Shown: positions 1 through 10,992 of the stretch, in pieces | How the letters are laid out: each line of letters starts with the position of its first letter | Numbering within the stretch: the first letter of the stretch is position 1 | Assembly (NCBI GenBank): GCA_965220085.1 | Contig: CBDCOZ010000003.1 | Span: forward strand, 1,696,001-1,760,000 | Reading direction: 5' to 3' | DNA: 64,000 nucleotides | Source of the DNA: Candidatus Oxydemutatoraceae bacterium | Lineage (GTDB): Bacteria; Pseudomonadota; Gammaproteobacteria; Poriferisulfidales; Oxydemutatoraceae | Notes under the pieces: model-generated | The model's input: only the letters and a program-made list of their open reading frames with translations | What the model was told of the DNA's origin: nothing | Database searches by the model: none | Translations under genes and position numbers: made by a program

Positions 1-74
1 CGCTGATAGGCAACGGATGGGGGTCAGCTTCTTAAAATGTTAAGAGATAAGAGAAATATATCTCTTGATAGCCG

Positions 75-254
75 CTAGTCTTCGATAGTCAATGCGCCCG
101 AAGGGCACTCGGCTACCTGCTTGCGAATCGACTCTTCGCTCGCACCGCTTTGGTCAATCACGAATTTGCCGTCAACTACTTTGAATACTGTCGGCAAGCC
201 TTTCACACATTCGCCTGCGTGGGTGCAAACATCTCCATTCCATTTAACATTCAT
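75..254 (-). CDS. small divergent 4Fe-4S binding protein (YjdI/Fer4_19-like), 59 aa
   Basis: Manual translation, too short for the ORF track: MNVKWNGDVCTHAGECVKGLPTVFKVVDGKFVIDQSGASEESIRKQVAECPSGALTIED*. Has CxHxGxC...CPSGAL motif and a GGGGA RBS upstream. Confidence 0.8.
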   Translation of the reverse strand: MNVKWNGDVCTHAGECVKGLPTVFKVVDGKFVIDQSGASEESIRKQVAECPSGALTIED

Positions 255-419
255 TGTTATATCCCCCTAAATTAATAAGTAAACAATTTATTTTCTCAGC
301 TTCCGCCGAGAGCGTAGTACTTTATCATACTATCCTGTATGGCTTATAAATCGCCGACTCAGGCGCCGATAGCGGCGGATTTGGTCGTTTCATAAGCCCC
401 CATATGCGGGCAAAACAGC

Positions 420-2504
420 CTACTGTTGCTCTACCCCTTTCATACTCAAGCGGATACGCCCCTGGCGATCCACCTCGATCACTTTCACCTTGACGTTATC
501 GCCTTCGTTCATCCTATCGGTTACTTTTTCAACGCGCTCCTCGGCAATCTGAGAAATGTGCACCAAACCATCCTGCCCCGGCAAGATGGTTACAAAGGCG
601 CCGAAGTCAACGACTCGCGCGACTTTGCCGTCGTATATCTTGCCCACTTCGGCTTCGGCGGTCAGCTCTTCGATGCGCTTGCGAGCCGCATTTGCGGAGT
701 CCTCATCCGCCGATGCGATGGTCACCGCCCCGGAGTCGTCCACATCGATAACCGCGCCGGTCTCTTCGGTCAACGCCCGAATAGTGGCGCCGCCTTTGCC
801 AATGATGTCCCGAATTTTCTCTTGGCGCACGTTTAATACCAACAGACGCGGCGCGTACTTGGACATTTCCGCCCGCGGCACGGACAACACCTTGTTCATC
901 TCGGACAGAATATGCATTCTCCCTTCGGAGGCCTGCTTGAGCGCCGCCATCATAATCTCCGAGGTCACGCCCTCAACCTTGATATCCATCTGCAAAGCCG
1001 TAACGCCATTCTCGGTGCCCGCGACTTTGAAGTCCATGTCGCCAAAATGATCCTCATCGCCCATGATGTCGCTGAGAACCGCAAAACGGCTATCCTCCAG
1101 AATCAAGCCCATCGCAATGCCCGCAACCGGCGCCTTGAGAGGCACTCCGGCATCCATCAGCGCCAGACTGGCGCCGCAAACCGATGCCATGGAACTGGAA
1201 CCGTTTGATTCGGTGACTTCGGATACGAGACGAATCACATACGGGAATTTCTCCGCAGCGGGCATCACTGCGAGAAGACCTCGCTTCGCTAATCGCCCGT
1301 GTCCGATCTCACGGCGCTTGGGAGAGCCCATAAAACCCACTTCGCCGACACAATAAGGCGGGAAGTTATAGTGAAACATAAAGCGCTCTCTGGACTCGCC
1401 CTCAATCGCATCGATGATCTGGGCATCGCGTTCTGTCCCCAGAGTTGCCACCGCCATCACCTGCGTCTCCCCTCTGGTAAACACGGCGCTGCCGTGGGTG
1501 CGAGGCAATGAGCCCGTTTCCACATAAATCGGGCGCACAGCCCTCGTATCGCGACCGTCTATGCGCGGCTCGCCGTTCATGATACGTGTGCGCATAATCT
1601 CTTTTTCCAGTTTGGCAAAAGCGGTGATTAGCTGTATCTCGTTATCTTCTTGGTCCTCGGCCAACTCATCGATGACCTGCTGGCGCAACTCCTTGAGTCG
1701 CTTTTGCCGCTCGACCTTCTCTCTGATCTGATACGCATCGGCAATGGCCGAACGGAAGCGGCTATCGCACTCTGCTTCCAACGCCTCGTCCGCAAGCGGC
1801 AGCGAGTCGTCCTCCCGCATCGGTTTTCCGACTTCGTCAGCAAGCTCCGTAATCGCCCGAATCGCAGTCTGCATCTGTTCGTGTCCGAACGTAACCGCGC
1901 CGAGCATCTGCGCTTCGCTTAGCTCCTTAGCCTCCGACTCAACCATCAGCACCGCTTTGTCGGTACCCGCAACAACCAAGTCAAGCTGAGATTCTTCCAA
2001 CTGACTCAAGCTCGGGTTGAGAATATAATGCCCGTCGCGAAAGCCCACGCGCGCCGCGCCGATGGGACCGTTAAAAGGAATGCCGGAAATAGCCAAGGCC
2101 GCCGAAGCGCCAAGCAATGCCGCGACATCGGCCTCGACATCGGGATTGAGCGACATCACCGTCGCAATCACTTGAATATCGTGATAAAAGCCCTTGGGAA
2201 ACAACGGGCGTATCGGTCGGTCGATCAGACGGGAGAACAGAGTCTCGCGCTCGCTCGGCCTGCCCTCTCGCTTGAAAAAGCCGCCGGGTATCTTGCCGGC
2301 GGAATAAGTCCGTTCCTGATAATTGACGGTCAGCGGAAGGAAGTCACGCGCCGTGTCATCGCTCGCTTTGCATACTGCGGTCACCAACACTCTGGTATCC
2401 GCCATGTCGACCATAACGGCGCCGTCTGCCTGACGCGCCAACTTGCCTGTTTCAAGGGTCACTTCGTGAGTTCCGTAGCGGAAGCTCTGTTTAATTGTTT
2501 TCAT
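420..2504 (-). CDS. pnp: polyribonucleotide nucleotidyltransferase (PNPase)
   Basis: Two RNase PH domains ([16 protein letters not shown]), then KH and S1 domains; downstream of rpsO. Confidence 0.99.
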   Translation of the reverse strand: MKTIKQSFRYGTHEVTLETGKLARQADGAVMVDMADTRVLVTAVCKASDDTARDFLPLTVNYQERTYSAGKIPGGFFKREGRPSERETLFSRLIDRPIRPLFPKGFYHDIQVIATVMSLNPDVEADVAALLGASAALAISGIPFNGPIGAARVGFRDGHYILNPSLSQLEESQLDLVVAGTDKAVLMVESEAKELSEAQMLGAVTFGHEQMQTAIRAITELADEVGKPMREDDSLPLADEALEAECDSRFRSAIADAYQIREKVERQKRLKELRQQVIDELAEDQEDNEIQLITAFAKLEKEIMRTRIMNGEPRIDGRDTRAVRPIYVETGSLPRTHGSAVFTRGETQVMAVATLGTERDAQIIDAIEGESRERFMFHYNFPPYCVGEVGFMGSPKRREIGHGRLAKRGLLAVMPAAEKFPYVIRLVSEVTESNGSSSMASVCGASLALMDAGVPLKAPVAGIAMGLILEDSRFAVLSDIMGDEDHFGDMDFKVAGTENGVTALQMDIKVEGVTSEIMMAALKQASEGRMHILSEMNKVLSVPRAEMSKYAPRLLVLNVRQEKIRDIIGKGGATIRALTEETGAVIDVDDSGAVTIASADEDSANAARKRIEELTAEAEVGKIYDGKVARVVDFGAFVTILPGQDGLVHISQIAEERVEKVTDRMNEGDNVKVKVIEVDRQGRIRLSMKGVEQQ

Positions 2505-2552
2505 TTGTATCTGCTTTCTCTTTTGTTAAAAAATTAATCGTTAAAAAGCGGC

Positions 2553-2819
2553 TTACCGCCGCAACCCCAAAGATGAGATGAGGCCTTGATAACGATCATT
2601 ATCTTTTGACTTCAGATAATCAAGCAGTTTGCGTCTGGTGTTCACCATCCTTAACAAACCCTGACGGGAGTGATGGTCGTGTTTATGCACTGTGAAATGA
2701 CTCTGTAAATGCCGAATACGTTGTGTCAGCAACGCAACCTGAACCTCCGGGGACCCCGTATCGTTCTCAGACTGCGCATACTTAGAGATTGTCTCGGCTT
2801 TGTTTGCGTCGATTGACAT
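2553..2819 (-). CDS. rpsO: 30S ribosomal protein S15
   Basis: [13 protein letters not shown]...[15 protein letters not shown]. Confidence 0.99.
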   Translation of the reverse strand: MSIDANKAETISKYAQSENDTGSPEVQVALLTQRIRHLQSHFTVHKHDHHSRQGLLRMVNTRRKLLDYLKSKDNDRYQGLISSLGLRR

Positions 2820-3077
2820 TGATTTGATTTCTAAAATTTCCTAACTTATCTTTAGAGTTTGGCAAGTATTATACATCATCGCTTATTTGCTTACAAAATG
2901 CCTTTGCTACCGTGATATATCGGACATATGGGGCGCATATTATGCGGGTCATGGGCGCTTGAAGATTCAGTCCGCAGGGTAATCCGTTCGCGGCGGTGTG
3001 AAACCATAACAGATAGTCTGTCCGACGATTATTGAATGTCCCCATGTCGGTCAGCAACAAACCCGCTTCAAATCCCG

Positions 3078-3335
3078 CAAACAGTTTGCAAACAGTTTAT
3101 GGAACACAAACAACTTAAGAAGCCACAAACAGTTTATGGAACACAAACAATATAATTGTTTGTGCCTCTTATTTTTGTGCTCTTATTACTGTGCCTCATT
3201 AAACAATCCACAAACAATTGAGTATTGTTTGTGCCTCATTAAACAATCCACAAACAATTGAGTATTGTTTGTGCCTCATTAAACGTTGTTTGTGCACATT
3301 AAGCAATCCGCAAACAACTGAGTTGTTTGTGTACA
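3078..3335. repeat. AT-rich ACAAACA/TGTTTGT palindromic repeat element, copy 1
   Basis: Several inverted pairs (cacaaacaa-tata-attgtttgtg; caaacaactgagttgtttg) and a 40-bp tandem at 3192-3283; related copies at 4582-4745 and 5680-5730. Confidence 0.8.
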
Positions 3336-3405
3336 TACTCCGCATCCTGTCCCATCCTCTTGTGCGCCTCATAACACTCTCCTTCTCCGCCGCCGGTCAC
3401 TCGCG

Positions 3406-4524
3406 CTACCGCAACGGGCCTTCAAGGAAGAGCCGCAACCGCAAGCGCACGGGGCGCATCGGGTCTATGGCGAAGGTCAGCGTATCGGTCTCTCCGTCCA
3501 CATCGGTGGCGGCATAGGCGTATCGGATTATGGCGGATGCCGTCGTAGGTGTGCCGCTGATGGTGCGGGTGTCGGCATCAAAGGCGAGGCCGTCGGGCAG
3601 GGCCGGGCTTATGCTGTAGGCGGTGTTATTGCCGCCGGCGGCTGCGGGCAATACCAGAGGTGTGGTCGTGCCGGGCGGCCAAATCCGGGTGCCCACCGTT
3701 GCATCGCCAAAGTCGGGCGCGCTGTTTGCCACCAGATTGATGGTTATCGTGGCGGCAGGGCCAACGCCATAAGGCCCATCCGCTCCTGCCAGGAAATCAA
3801 ATCTGGCGTAATCACTGCCGACAGTGGCATCGGCGGGCGGCGCGTATGTGACTCCCTCGCTTGAAATGAATTCGTGTCCGAACACAGCGATAGGCAACGA
3901 GGAGTAAGTATCTCCGCTGATTCTAAGAATGCCATCGGCGGGAAGACTTTCAAGGAAAAGGCTGACTTGTCCATAATCAGCGCCCTCTTCGTCCTCATGG
4001 CGAAAGTCGCTGAGGCGAAATCGCGATGTGCGGCCAACCGGGAAGTCGACGCTGCTGGGCAGGGCATTGATATCATTGAGGTTGACCACCGCCGCAGCGG
4101 AAGTCCAGCAACGGGTCTCGCGGTTGCCGGCATCATCGTCAAAGGTAGCACATACACGCAGAAACTTGCCCACATGCTCCTGCAGGGGCGTGAAAGTCGC
4201 GGCGGTGGCGCTTGCTATGTCCGCGAAGGAACCGCCGGCTGTTTCGCCCTGTTGCCACTGCCAGGCGGGGCTGAAGTTGGCTATGCCATCGGTGGTGTCG
4301 GCTATGCTGCCTCGGGCCGCGGTCAAGTGGATGTCCTCATTGGGGCCGCCGCTCACGGCGCTGCCGTCCGCCGTGACCGTGACCGCCGGTGTGCCGGTGG
4401 CGTTCTGCGCCTGCGTCGGTGCGCAGACAACAAACAGCGCCGACAGAATCAGCGCCCGGAGGCTAAGCCGGGTGAGCGCTGTCCGCCAGCGCCGAGGGGC
4501 GGTATTAGAAATTTGTCGCTTCAT
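3406..4524 (-). CDS. secreted Ig-like/cadherin-like protein, LEGPLR C-terminal family, paralog 1
   Basis: Start MKRQISNTAPRR after GGGAGA RBS; Sec-type signal ending TQA-Q; WQWQQ module, cadherin-like module, He_PIG-like domain (LPDGLAFDADTRTISGTPT); ends RLRLRLFLEGPLR. Confidence 0.85.
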   Translation of the reverse strand: MKRQISNTAPRRWRTALTRLSLRALILSALFVVCAPTQAQNATGTPAVTVTADGSAVSGGPNEDIHLTAARGSIADTTDGIANFSPAWQWQQGETAGGSFADIASATAATFTPLQEHVGKFLRVCATFDDDAGNRETRCWTSAAAVVNLNDINALPSSVDFPVGRTSRFRLSDFRHEDEEGADYGQVSLFLESLPADGILRISGDTYSSLPIAVFGHEFISSEGVTYAPPADATVGSDYARFDFLAGADGPYGVGPAATITINLVANSAPDFGDATVGTRIWPPGTTTPLVLPAAAGGNNTAYSISPALPDGLAFDADTRTISGTPTTASAIIRYAYAATDVDGETDTLTFAIDPMRPVRLRLRLFLEGPLR

Positions 4525-4581
4525 AGTATTTCTCCCAATAGTTTGTGTTTCGCGAATGCGGTTGCGCAATGCGTTGCACTG

Positions 4582-4745
4582 TAAACAATCTGCAAACAGT
4601 TAATGGAGCACAAACAACTTAAGAAGCCACAAACAGTTTATGGAACACAAACAATATAATTGTTTGTGCCTCTTATTTTTGTGCCTCATTAAATGTTGTT
4701 TGTGTACATTAAGCAATCCGCAAACAACTGAGTTGTTTGTGTACA
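4582..4745. repeat. ACAAACA palindromic repeat element, copy 2
   Basis: Near-identical to 3085-3335 apart from an internal deletion. Confidence 0.8.
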
Positions 4746-4815
4746 TACTCCGCATCCTGTCCCATCCTCTTGTGCGCCTCATAACACTCTCCTTCTCCGC
4801 CGCCGGTCACTCGCG

Positions 4816-5622
4816 CTACCGCAACGGGCCTTCAAGGAAGAGCCGCAACCGCAAACGCACGGGGCGCATCGGGTCTATGCCGAAGGTCAGCGTATCGGTC
4901 TCCCCATCCGCATCGGTGGCGGTGAGGGTGTGTCGGATCATGGCGGATGCCGTCGTGGGCGCGCCGCTGATGGTGCGGGTGTCGGCATCAAAGGCGAGGC
5001 CGTCGGGCAGATCCGGGGTGATTGCGTAGGTGATGGCGCCATTGCCGCCGGTGGTTGCGGGCAATACCAGAGGTACGGTCGTGCCGGGCGGCCAAATCCG
5101 GGTGCCCACCATTGCATCGCCAAAGTCGGGCGCGCTATTGGCCACCAAGTTGATGGTCATGGTGGCAGTAGTACCTAATCTTGTGCCCTGAGCCTCCGCA
5201 CCGAAGACAAATCTGGCGTAATCACTGCCGACAGTGGCATCGGCGGGCGGTGTGTATGTTATTCCCTCGCTTGAAGCGAATTCGACCCTGAACAGAGAGA
5301 CGAATGTGTTTTGGCCTCCTTGGGCAATAGCTCCCTTGATTCTAAGAGTGCCATCGGCAGGAAGATTTGGAAGGATAAAGTCGGGTTGCGGATAATCAGA
5401 GCCATCTTCGGCTTCATGACGAAAGTCGCTGAGACGGAAACGCGATGTGCGACCAACCGCGAAGTCGACACTGCTGGGCAGGCTGTTAATCACAGTGACG
5501 TTCTGCGCCTGCCCCGGTTCGCAGACAACAAACAGGACCGGCAGAGCCAGTGTCCAGAGGCTAAGCCGGGTGAGCGCTGTCCGCAAGCGCCGGGGGGTAG
5601 TATTAGAAATTTGTCGTTTCAT
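4816..5622 (-). CDS. LEGPLR-family secreted protein, paralog 2
   Basis: MKRQISNTTPRR signal peptide, cadherin-like module plus He_PIG-like domain, same C-terminus. Confidence 0.85.
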   Translation of the reverse strand: MKRQISNTTPRRLRTALTRLSLWTLALPVLFVVCEPGQAQNVTVINSLPSSVDFAVGRTSRFRLSDFRHEAEDGSDYPQPDFILPNLPADGTLRIKGAIAQGGQNTFVSLFRVEFASSEGITYTPPADATVGSDYARFVFGAEAQGTRLGTTATMTINLVANSAPDFGDAMVGTRIWPPGTTVPLVLPATTGGNGAITYAITPDLPDGLAFDADTRTISGAPTTASAMIRHTLTATDADGETDTLTFGIDPMRPVRLRLRLFLEGPLR

Positions 5623-5798
5623 AGTATTTCTCCTAATAGTTTGTGTTTCGCGAATGCGGTTGCGCAATGCGTTGCACTGTAAACAATCTGCAAACAGTTA
5701 ATGGAGCACAAACAACTGAGTTGTTTGCGCACACATCTGGTATCCTGTCCCATCCTCGTGTGCGCCTCATAACTCTCCTCCGCCGCCGGTCACTCGCA

Positions 5799-6750
5799 TT
5801 ACCGCAACGGGCCTTCAAGGAAGAGCCGCAACCGCAAACGCACGGGGCGCATCGGGTCTATGCCGAAGGTCAGCGTATCGGTCTCCCTATCCGCATCGGT
5901 GGCGGTGAGGGTGTATTCGGCGGCAGCGGATTCCGCCATGGGTGTGCCGCTGATGGTGCGGGTGTCGGCATCAAAGGTCAGGCCGTCGGGCAGAGCCGGG
6001 GCGACTGTATAGGTGATGGGGCCATTGCCGCCGGTGACTGCGGGCAATATCAGAGGCGCGGTCGTGCCGGGCGGCCAAATACGGGTGCCCGCCGTTGCAT
6101 CGCCAAAATCGGGCGCGCTGTTTGCCACCAGATTGACGGTCACGGTGCCCGTGGTATGGCTGCCACCGACATGTAACTCAAAGATGAAGCTGTCATAACC
6201 GTTGACGACAGAGATGGCAGTAATCGGGGGCCTGTATTCGACGGGTCCGACTCCGGCGGAGAAGTCACTCGCGACATATGTGCTTAGCTGACCGCCACCT
6301 CCGCTTGAAAGCGACACGTCTCGCTGAGGTATGGTATCAAACAACCTGCCATGAGCGGGTCGGGTTTGGAACAACAGTGTTTGGGAGACAAAACCGCCGA
6401 TATCTGTTTTCCTGAGCGCATATCCGCTGCTTCCAATAGCGACATCAATGCTGGTGTCCGAGGCTTGAGCGTTGGCCTGTGTCGCGCCCAATGCCAAGCA
6501 CAGGGCCGGCAGGCAGCGCATGAGCGAACCCGACCGCAACCCGGCGACCGGGCGCACCGCAACAGACCGCAGCCACAGCAACAAACCGCGCACAACCGGG
6601 CGGCGCGACCGCTTTGCGGATGGCGGGTTGCTATGCGCGGGTGATAAAGAACGGGTGAAAAGGCGATACGGCGAAACGCCGGCAATCCCCTTACTTACAA
6701 AGCTGCGGGGGGGGGGGGGGGGGGGTCAGTATTAAATTTTTTCTGTTCAT
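5799..6750 (-). CDS. LEGPLR-family secreted protein, paralog 3, frameshifted at C19 tract (putative phase OFF)
   Basis: ATG at 6750 gives MNRKNLILTPPPPPP then a stop at 6691. The frame of ORF 5799..6593 is open back to the tract and would be joined at C18. An internal start (MRCLPALCLALGATQANA) is also possible. Confidence 0.75.
6707..6725 (-). repeat. poly-C (C19 on coding strand) homopolymer in leader-coding region
   Basis: 19 G counted on + strand. Confidence 0.9.
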
Positions 6751-6960
6751 GGTATTACTCTTAAATGGCAATCTGCATCTCGCGAATGCAGTTGCGTAAT
6801 CAATGCCGGTACTCTGCCACACAGCGCGAGTCATGTGCAAGCGCCTGTTTGATGCCATGAATCCGGAATGTTTCCGGCATGATTCAAACGCCTTGCCTGA
6901 GAGAAACAAGATGACTTCGCTATGACCCGCCGCCCGCTGTGAATGCCCATTCGTTCCGAC

Positions 6961-7902
6961 TCAGTAGTACTTGCTCAAATCCATGCCGGCATACATTGCG
7001 CCGACTTCTTCGGCATAACCGTTGAACATCAGCGTTTTGCGTTTCGCAAATTCGCCGATACGGCGCTCTCTTTTTTGCGACCACCGCGGGTGATTGACTT
7101 GCGGATTGACGTTAGAGTAAAAACCATACTCCGACGGCGCCGAACGCCCCCACGATGTGGGCGGCTGCTCCGCGGTAAATTTGATCTCAACAATGGACTT
7201 GATGCTTTTGAAGCCGTATTTCCACGGCACGACCAAACGCAACGGCGCGCCATTCTGATTGGGCAACACTTCGCCATACAAACCCACCGCCAAAATCGTC
7301 AGCGGATTCATCGCCTCATCCATGCGCAGGCCTTCGCGGTACGGCCAGTCCAGCACCCGCCGCGCTTGTCCCGGCAGGTTCTTGTCAACAATGGTGGTCA
7401 TCGCAACATACTTGGCGCCGGACAAAGGCTGGCTGCGCTTGATTATTTCGGCCAACTCAAAACCGACCCACGGGATGACCATAGACCACGCTTCCACACA
7501 ACGCAGGCGGTAAATCCTGTCTTCCAACTTATGCGGTTTGACGAAATCCTCAATCGCATATTGTCCCGGCTTCTCACACAGACCCGATACCCGCACAGTC
7601 CACGGATCTGTCTTCAGATGATGGGCGTTCTTGTGCGGATCCGCTTTGCCGGTGCCGAGCTCATAAAAATTGTTATACGTTGTGACGCTATCGTATGGCG
7701 TCAATTCTTCATCGGTGTTGAAACGGCTATCCGGCAAGTCGCCGAACTTCTTTGGCAAAGCGGCGGGCGCCGCGCTTGCAAACGCCATACCGGCAAATGC
7801 TCCGACCCCGTTCTTGATAAACGCGCGCCGCTCGGCATAAACCGATTGCGGCGTAATCTCAGACGATTGTATTGATAGTTTTGTACGACTTTTTATTAGC
7901 AT
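6961..7902 (-). CDS. msrP: protein-methionine-sulfoxide reductase catalytic subunit MsrP
   Basis: Tat motif RRAFIK; [32 protein letters not shown]. Confidence 0.96.
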   Translation of the reverse strand: MLIKSRTKLSIQSSEITPQSVYAERRAFIKNGVGAFAGMAFASAAPAALPKKFGDLPDSRFNTDEELTPYDSVTTYNNFYELGTGKADPHKNAHHLKTDPWTVRVSGLCEKPGQYAIEDFVKPHKLEDRIYRLRCVEAWSMVIPWVGFELAEIIKRSQPLSGAKYVAMTTIVDKNLPGQARRVLDWPYREGLRMDEAMNPLTILAVGLYGEVLPNQNGAPLRLVVPWKYGFKSIKSIVEIKFTAEQPPTSWGRSAPSEYGFYSNVNPQVNHPRWSQKRERRIGEFAKRKTLMFNGYAEEVGAMYAGMDLSKYY

Positions 7903-8070
7903 GGCGCCTCCCTCAATTGATTTATAACATTCTGAAAATAACCCTTGTTGAAATTGTCAAATCATAAGAATGCATTGATTATATACTAGCGGAACAGCAT
8001 GCCCTCAAAGACCGGCATATATCCGCGCCGGGGCTATTCTCGCGCGGCGGGCGGCGCCGACCGAAAGCCG

Positions 8071-8499
8071 CTAACTGCGCTCGCATATCTCCTCATCCTT
8101 AAAGAAAAACCCAATCTCAGCACGGGCGGTATCCGCCCCGTCGGAACCGTGTACCGCATTGGCCTCGATGCTGCGGGCGAAATCGGCGCGGATGGTGCCC
8201 GCCGCCGCCTTGGCCGGGTCCGTATCCCCCATCAATTCGCGATTCTTCATGATCGCATTCTCCCCTTCAAGCGCCTGTGCCATGATCGGCCCCGAAGTCA
8301 TGAACTTGACCAGTTCTTCATAGAAGGGGCGATCTTTGTGCACCGCATAAAACTTCCCCGCTTGCTCTTCGGTCAAATGCAACATCTTCGCCGCAACGAT
8401 ATGCAACCCGGCCTGTTCAAACCGCGCGTAAATTTTCCCGATCAGGTCTTTTTCAACCGCATCGGGTTTGATAATGGATAATGTTCGTTCGCTTGCCAT
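8071..8499 (-). CDS. ndk: nucleoside diphosphate kinase
   Basis: [12 protein letters not shown]...NAVHGSD. Confidence 0.99.
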   Translation of the reverse strand: MASERTLSIIKPDAVEKDLIGKIYARFEQAGLHIVAAKMLHLTEEQAGKFYAVHKDRPFYEELVKFMTSGPIMAQALEGENAIMKNRELMGDTDPAKAAAGTIRADFARSIEANAVHGSDGADTARAEIGFFFKDEEICERS

Positions 8500-8526
8500 T
8501 TTTTCCTCCGCTTCTGTATAGCATGT

Positions 8527-8727
8527 TCAATCTTTTTCATCCAACCAAGCCATCTGGATTGCCTCCAGTATCTTTTCATTGGATTTCTGCGGCTCATCGT
8601 CAAAGTCATCCAAGCCGCAAATCCAGCCGTGCAAATCGGTAAACCGCACATATTGCGGGTCCGTATCCGGATATTTCTCGTCAAGCGCCAGCGCAATATC
8701 CAGACTGTCAGTCCACTTCAATCCCAT
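8527..8727 (-). CDS. iscX: Fe-S assembly protein IscX
   Basis: LKWTDS...RFTDL...[10 protein letters not shown]; end of the isc operon. Confidence 0.97.
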   Translation of the reverse strand: MGLKWTDSLDIALALDEKYPDTDPQYVRFTDLHGWICGLDDFDDEPQKSNEKILEAIQMAWLDEKD

Positions 8728-8751
8728 TTTTCCCTCCTCTTATAGTATCGC

Positions 8752-9090
8752 CTAGTGTGCCTCGGACACCAAGTTAATTGTATATTTTGGAATCTCAACC
8801 ACGAGATCCTCGTTGCCGACTCTGGCCTGACAACTCAGACGCGAATCGGGCTCCAACCCCCACGCTTTGTCCAGGTAATCCTCTTCGCCCTCGGTCGGCT
8901 CCGCAAGCGAATCAAAACCTTCGCGGACATACACATGACAAGTCGTGCAAGCGCAAGCCTTCTCGCATGCGTGTTCCAGCTCTATGCCGTTGTCCAGCGC
9001 GACATCACAAATGCTAACGCCCGACTCGACATCCGCTTCCTTGCCGCTCGGGCACAACTCTTCGTGAGGGAGAAACGTTATCTTCGGCAT
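8752..9090 (-). CDS. fdx: ISC 2Fe-2S ferredoxin
   Basis: HACEKACACTTCH...SRLSCQ. Confidence 0.98.
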   Translation of the reverse strand: MPKITFLPHEELCPSGKEADVESGVSICDVALDNGIELEHACEKACACTTCHVYVREGFDSLAEPTEGEEDYLDKAWGLEPDSRLSCQARVGNEDLVVEIPKYTINLVSEAH

Positions 9091-9099
9091 CGCGCGCTC

Positions 9100-10992
9100 C
9101 TACCCTCGGCCGATCTCTTCCGCGCTCTGTCCGCGCAAGGCGCGGCGGATACTCCGATTCATGCGCCGCTCGACATAGAACTCGCTGCGCGATTCGAGCT
9201 CGGTCATCGCGCGCCCTATCGCATCGCTATCGCCCGTATCAACTTGCTCGCGCAAGGCATCTCTTGCCGCACAAATCGTGTCGTATTCCTCCGCGCTGAG
9301 CAACGCATCGCCGTCTTCGGCCAATGCCGACTCGATGGAATCGAGCAAGCGCTTCGCATCGACCAGCTTTTCGGCGCGCGCGCGCGCGTCCATATCGTCC
9401 GCCGCATGCGCGACCGAGTCTTGAATCATGGCCGTAACTTCTTTTTCCGACAGACCGTATGTCGGCTTGACCTCGACCGAAGCGGCCGCATTCGTTTCCG
9501 TCTCTTGCGCTTCCACGGTCAGCAAGCCGTCGGCATCGATGCGAAAGGTCACCTTCACACGCGCCGCGCCCGCAACCCGCGGCGGTATGTCTTTCAGTTC
9601 AAAGTGCGCCAAAGACCGGCAATCGGCCGCTAAGTCGCGTTCGCCTTGCACGACATGAAAAGAAATGGCGGTCTGCCCGTCACACGCGGTCGTAAACTCT
9701 TGCGATTTTGCAAAAGGAATGACGCTATTGCGCGGAATAATCTTCTCCGTCAAGCCGCCCATTGTTTCCACTCCGAGAGACAGCGACGCCACATCCAATA
9801 ACAGCAGATCATCGCATATGCTGCGGTTGCCGGACAGCGTATCCGCCTGTATCGCGGCGCCGATGGCGACGACTTGATACGGATCGACGCCCTCCAGCGG
9901 CTGACGCTCAAATATCTCGGACACCCGCTGTCTTATGGCCGGAATGCGGGTGGAACCGCCGACCAGAACCACATCGTCGATGTCCGACGGTTTGAGATCG
10001 AGATCCGCGAACACATCGGCGCCGACTTTGGCGACTTTATCGACCAACGGAGCGATCAGCCGATTAAACTCGGCGCAAGATATTTTAAGCTCCCAATCAT
10101 CGCCGCCGGTCACCGCCAAACAGGCAGCGTATGTTTCGCGCCCGTCGCAAATCGCTTCCTTTGCGCGGCGGGCAATGCCCAACAAGCGCCTTTGTTCCGT
10201 ATCGCCGAGGCGGCGGTCGTGCGCGGCATTGTCCGTCCAGTAATCCGCCACCGCGCGATCAAAATCATCGCCGCCGAGCAACGTATCGCCGCCGGTCGCA
10301 ATCACCCGCAACACGCCTTTCTCAAGTTTCAACACCGATACGTCAAATGTCCCGCCGCCAAGATCAAACACCGCTATCGTCTCCCCTTCGCTGCCGCGTT
10401 CAAGCCCGTAAGCCACCGCCGCCGCAGTCGGTTCGTTGATCAGACGGTATACATGAATGCCCGCCAGCCGCGCCGCATCGCGCGTCGCCTGCCGTTGCAC
10501 ATCGTCAAAATACGCCGGTACCGTAATGACCGCCCCGTCGATGGATTCCGCCCGCAACGCGTCTTCGGCGCGTTTTTTGCAGACGCGCAGGATCTCCGCG
10601 GATACCTCCGCCGCGGTCTTTTTGCCGGCGCGAGTTTGCAATCTGGGAACGCCGGATTCGTCATCGGCCAAACGGCACCCGAACAAATCGGCGAAGGAAG
10701 CGACCTCTTCGCGACCGCGCCCCATGATGCGTTTGACCGATGCGATGACACTCGAAGAATCATCGGCCGGCATCTCTGTGGCATCGTAACCGACCGCAAC
10801 GGGAGCGCTATCGCGATAGCAAACAACGGACGGTATGGCGCCGCGCCCTTGCGCATCAAGCAGAACCTCCGGCTTGGCATCGCGCACGGTCGCCACAAGC
10901 GTGTTCGTCGTGCCGAGATCTATGCCGACAACCGCTTTGAGGCCGTCGGTCGGTTGCGGCTCTCCCGGCTCAACCAGTTGCAACAAGCTCAT
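9100..10992 (-). CDS. hscA: Fe-S chaperone HscA
   Basis: Hsp70 motifs GIDLGTTN and [10 protein letters not shown]; isc context. Confidence 0.97.
   Translation of the reverse strand: MSLLQLVEPGEPQPTDGLKAVVGIDLGTTNTLVATVRDAKPEVLLDAQGRGAIPSVVCYRDSAPVAVGYDATEMPADDSSSVIASVKRIMGRGREEVASFADLFGCRLADDESGVPRLQTRAGKKTAAEVSAEILRVCKKRAEDALRAESIDGAVITVPAYFDDVQRQATRDAARLAGIHVYRLINEPTAAAVAYGLERGSEGETIAVFDLGGGTFDVSVLKLEKGVLRVIATGGDTLLGGDDFDRAVADYWTDNAAHDRRLGDTEQRRLLGIARRAKEAICDGRETYAACLAVTGGDDWELKISCAEFNRLIAPLVDKVAKVGADVFADLDLKPSDIDDVVLVGGSTRIPAIRQRVSEIFERQPLEGVDPYQVVAIGAAIQADTLSGNRSICDDLLLLDVASLSLGVETMGGLTEKIIPRNSVIPFAKSQEFTTACDGQTAISFHVVQGERDLAADCRSLAHFELKDIPPRVAGAARVKVTFRIDADGLLTVEAQETETNAAASVEVKPTYGLSEKEVTAMIQDSVAHAADDMDARARAEKLVDAKRLLDSIESALAEDGDALLSAEEYDTICAARDALREQVDTGDSDAIGRAMTELESRSEFYVERRMNRSIRRALRGQSAEEIGRG

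Noticed and set aside
2869-3517. Short ORFs in AT-rich repeat regions (2869-3060, 3218-3517, also 4600-5029)
   Set aside because: Translations of repeats or antisense of LEGPLR genes, with no protein-like motifs.
3340-5800. Integron cassette array with attC sites
   Set aside because: No integrase, and no convincing RYYYAAC...GTTRRRY-bounded attC structure was found.
3406-6750. Diversity-generating retroelement acting on LEGPLR genes
   Set aside because: No reverse transcriptase in the window; differences include indels and do not look adenine-restricted; the C-terminus is invariant rather than variable.
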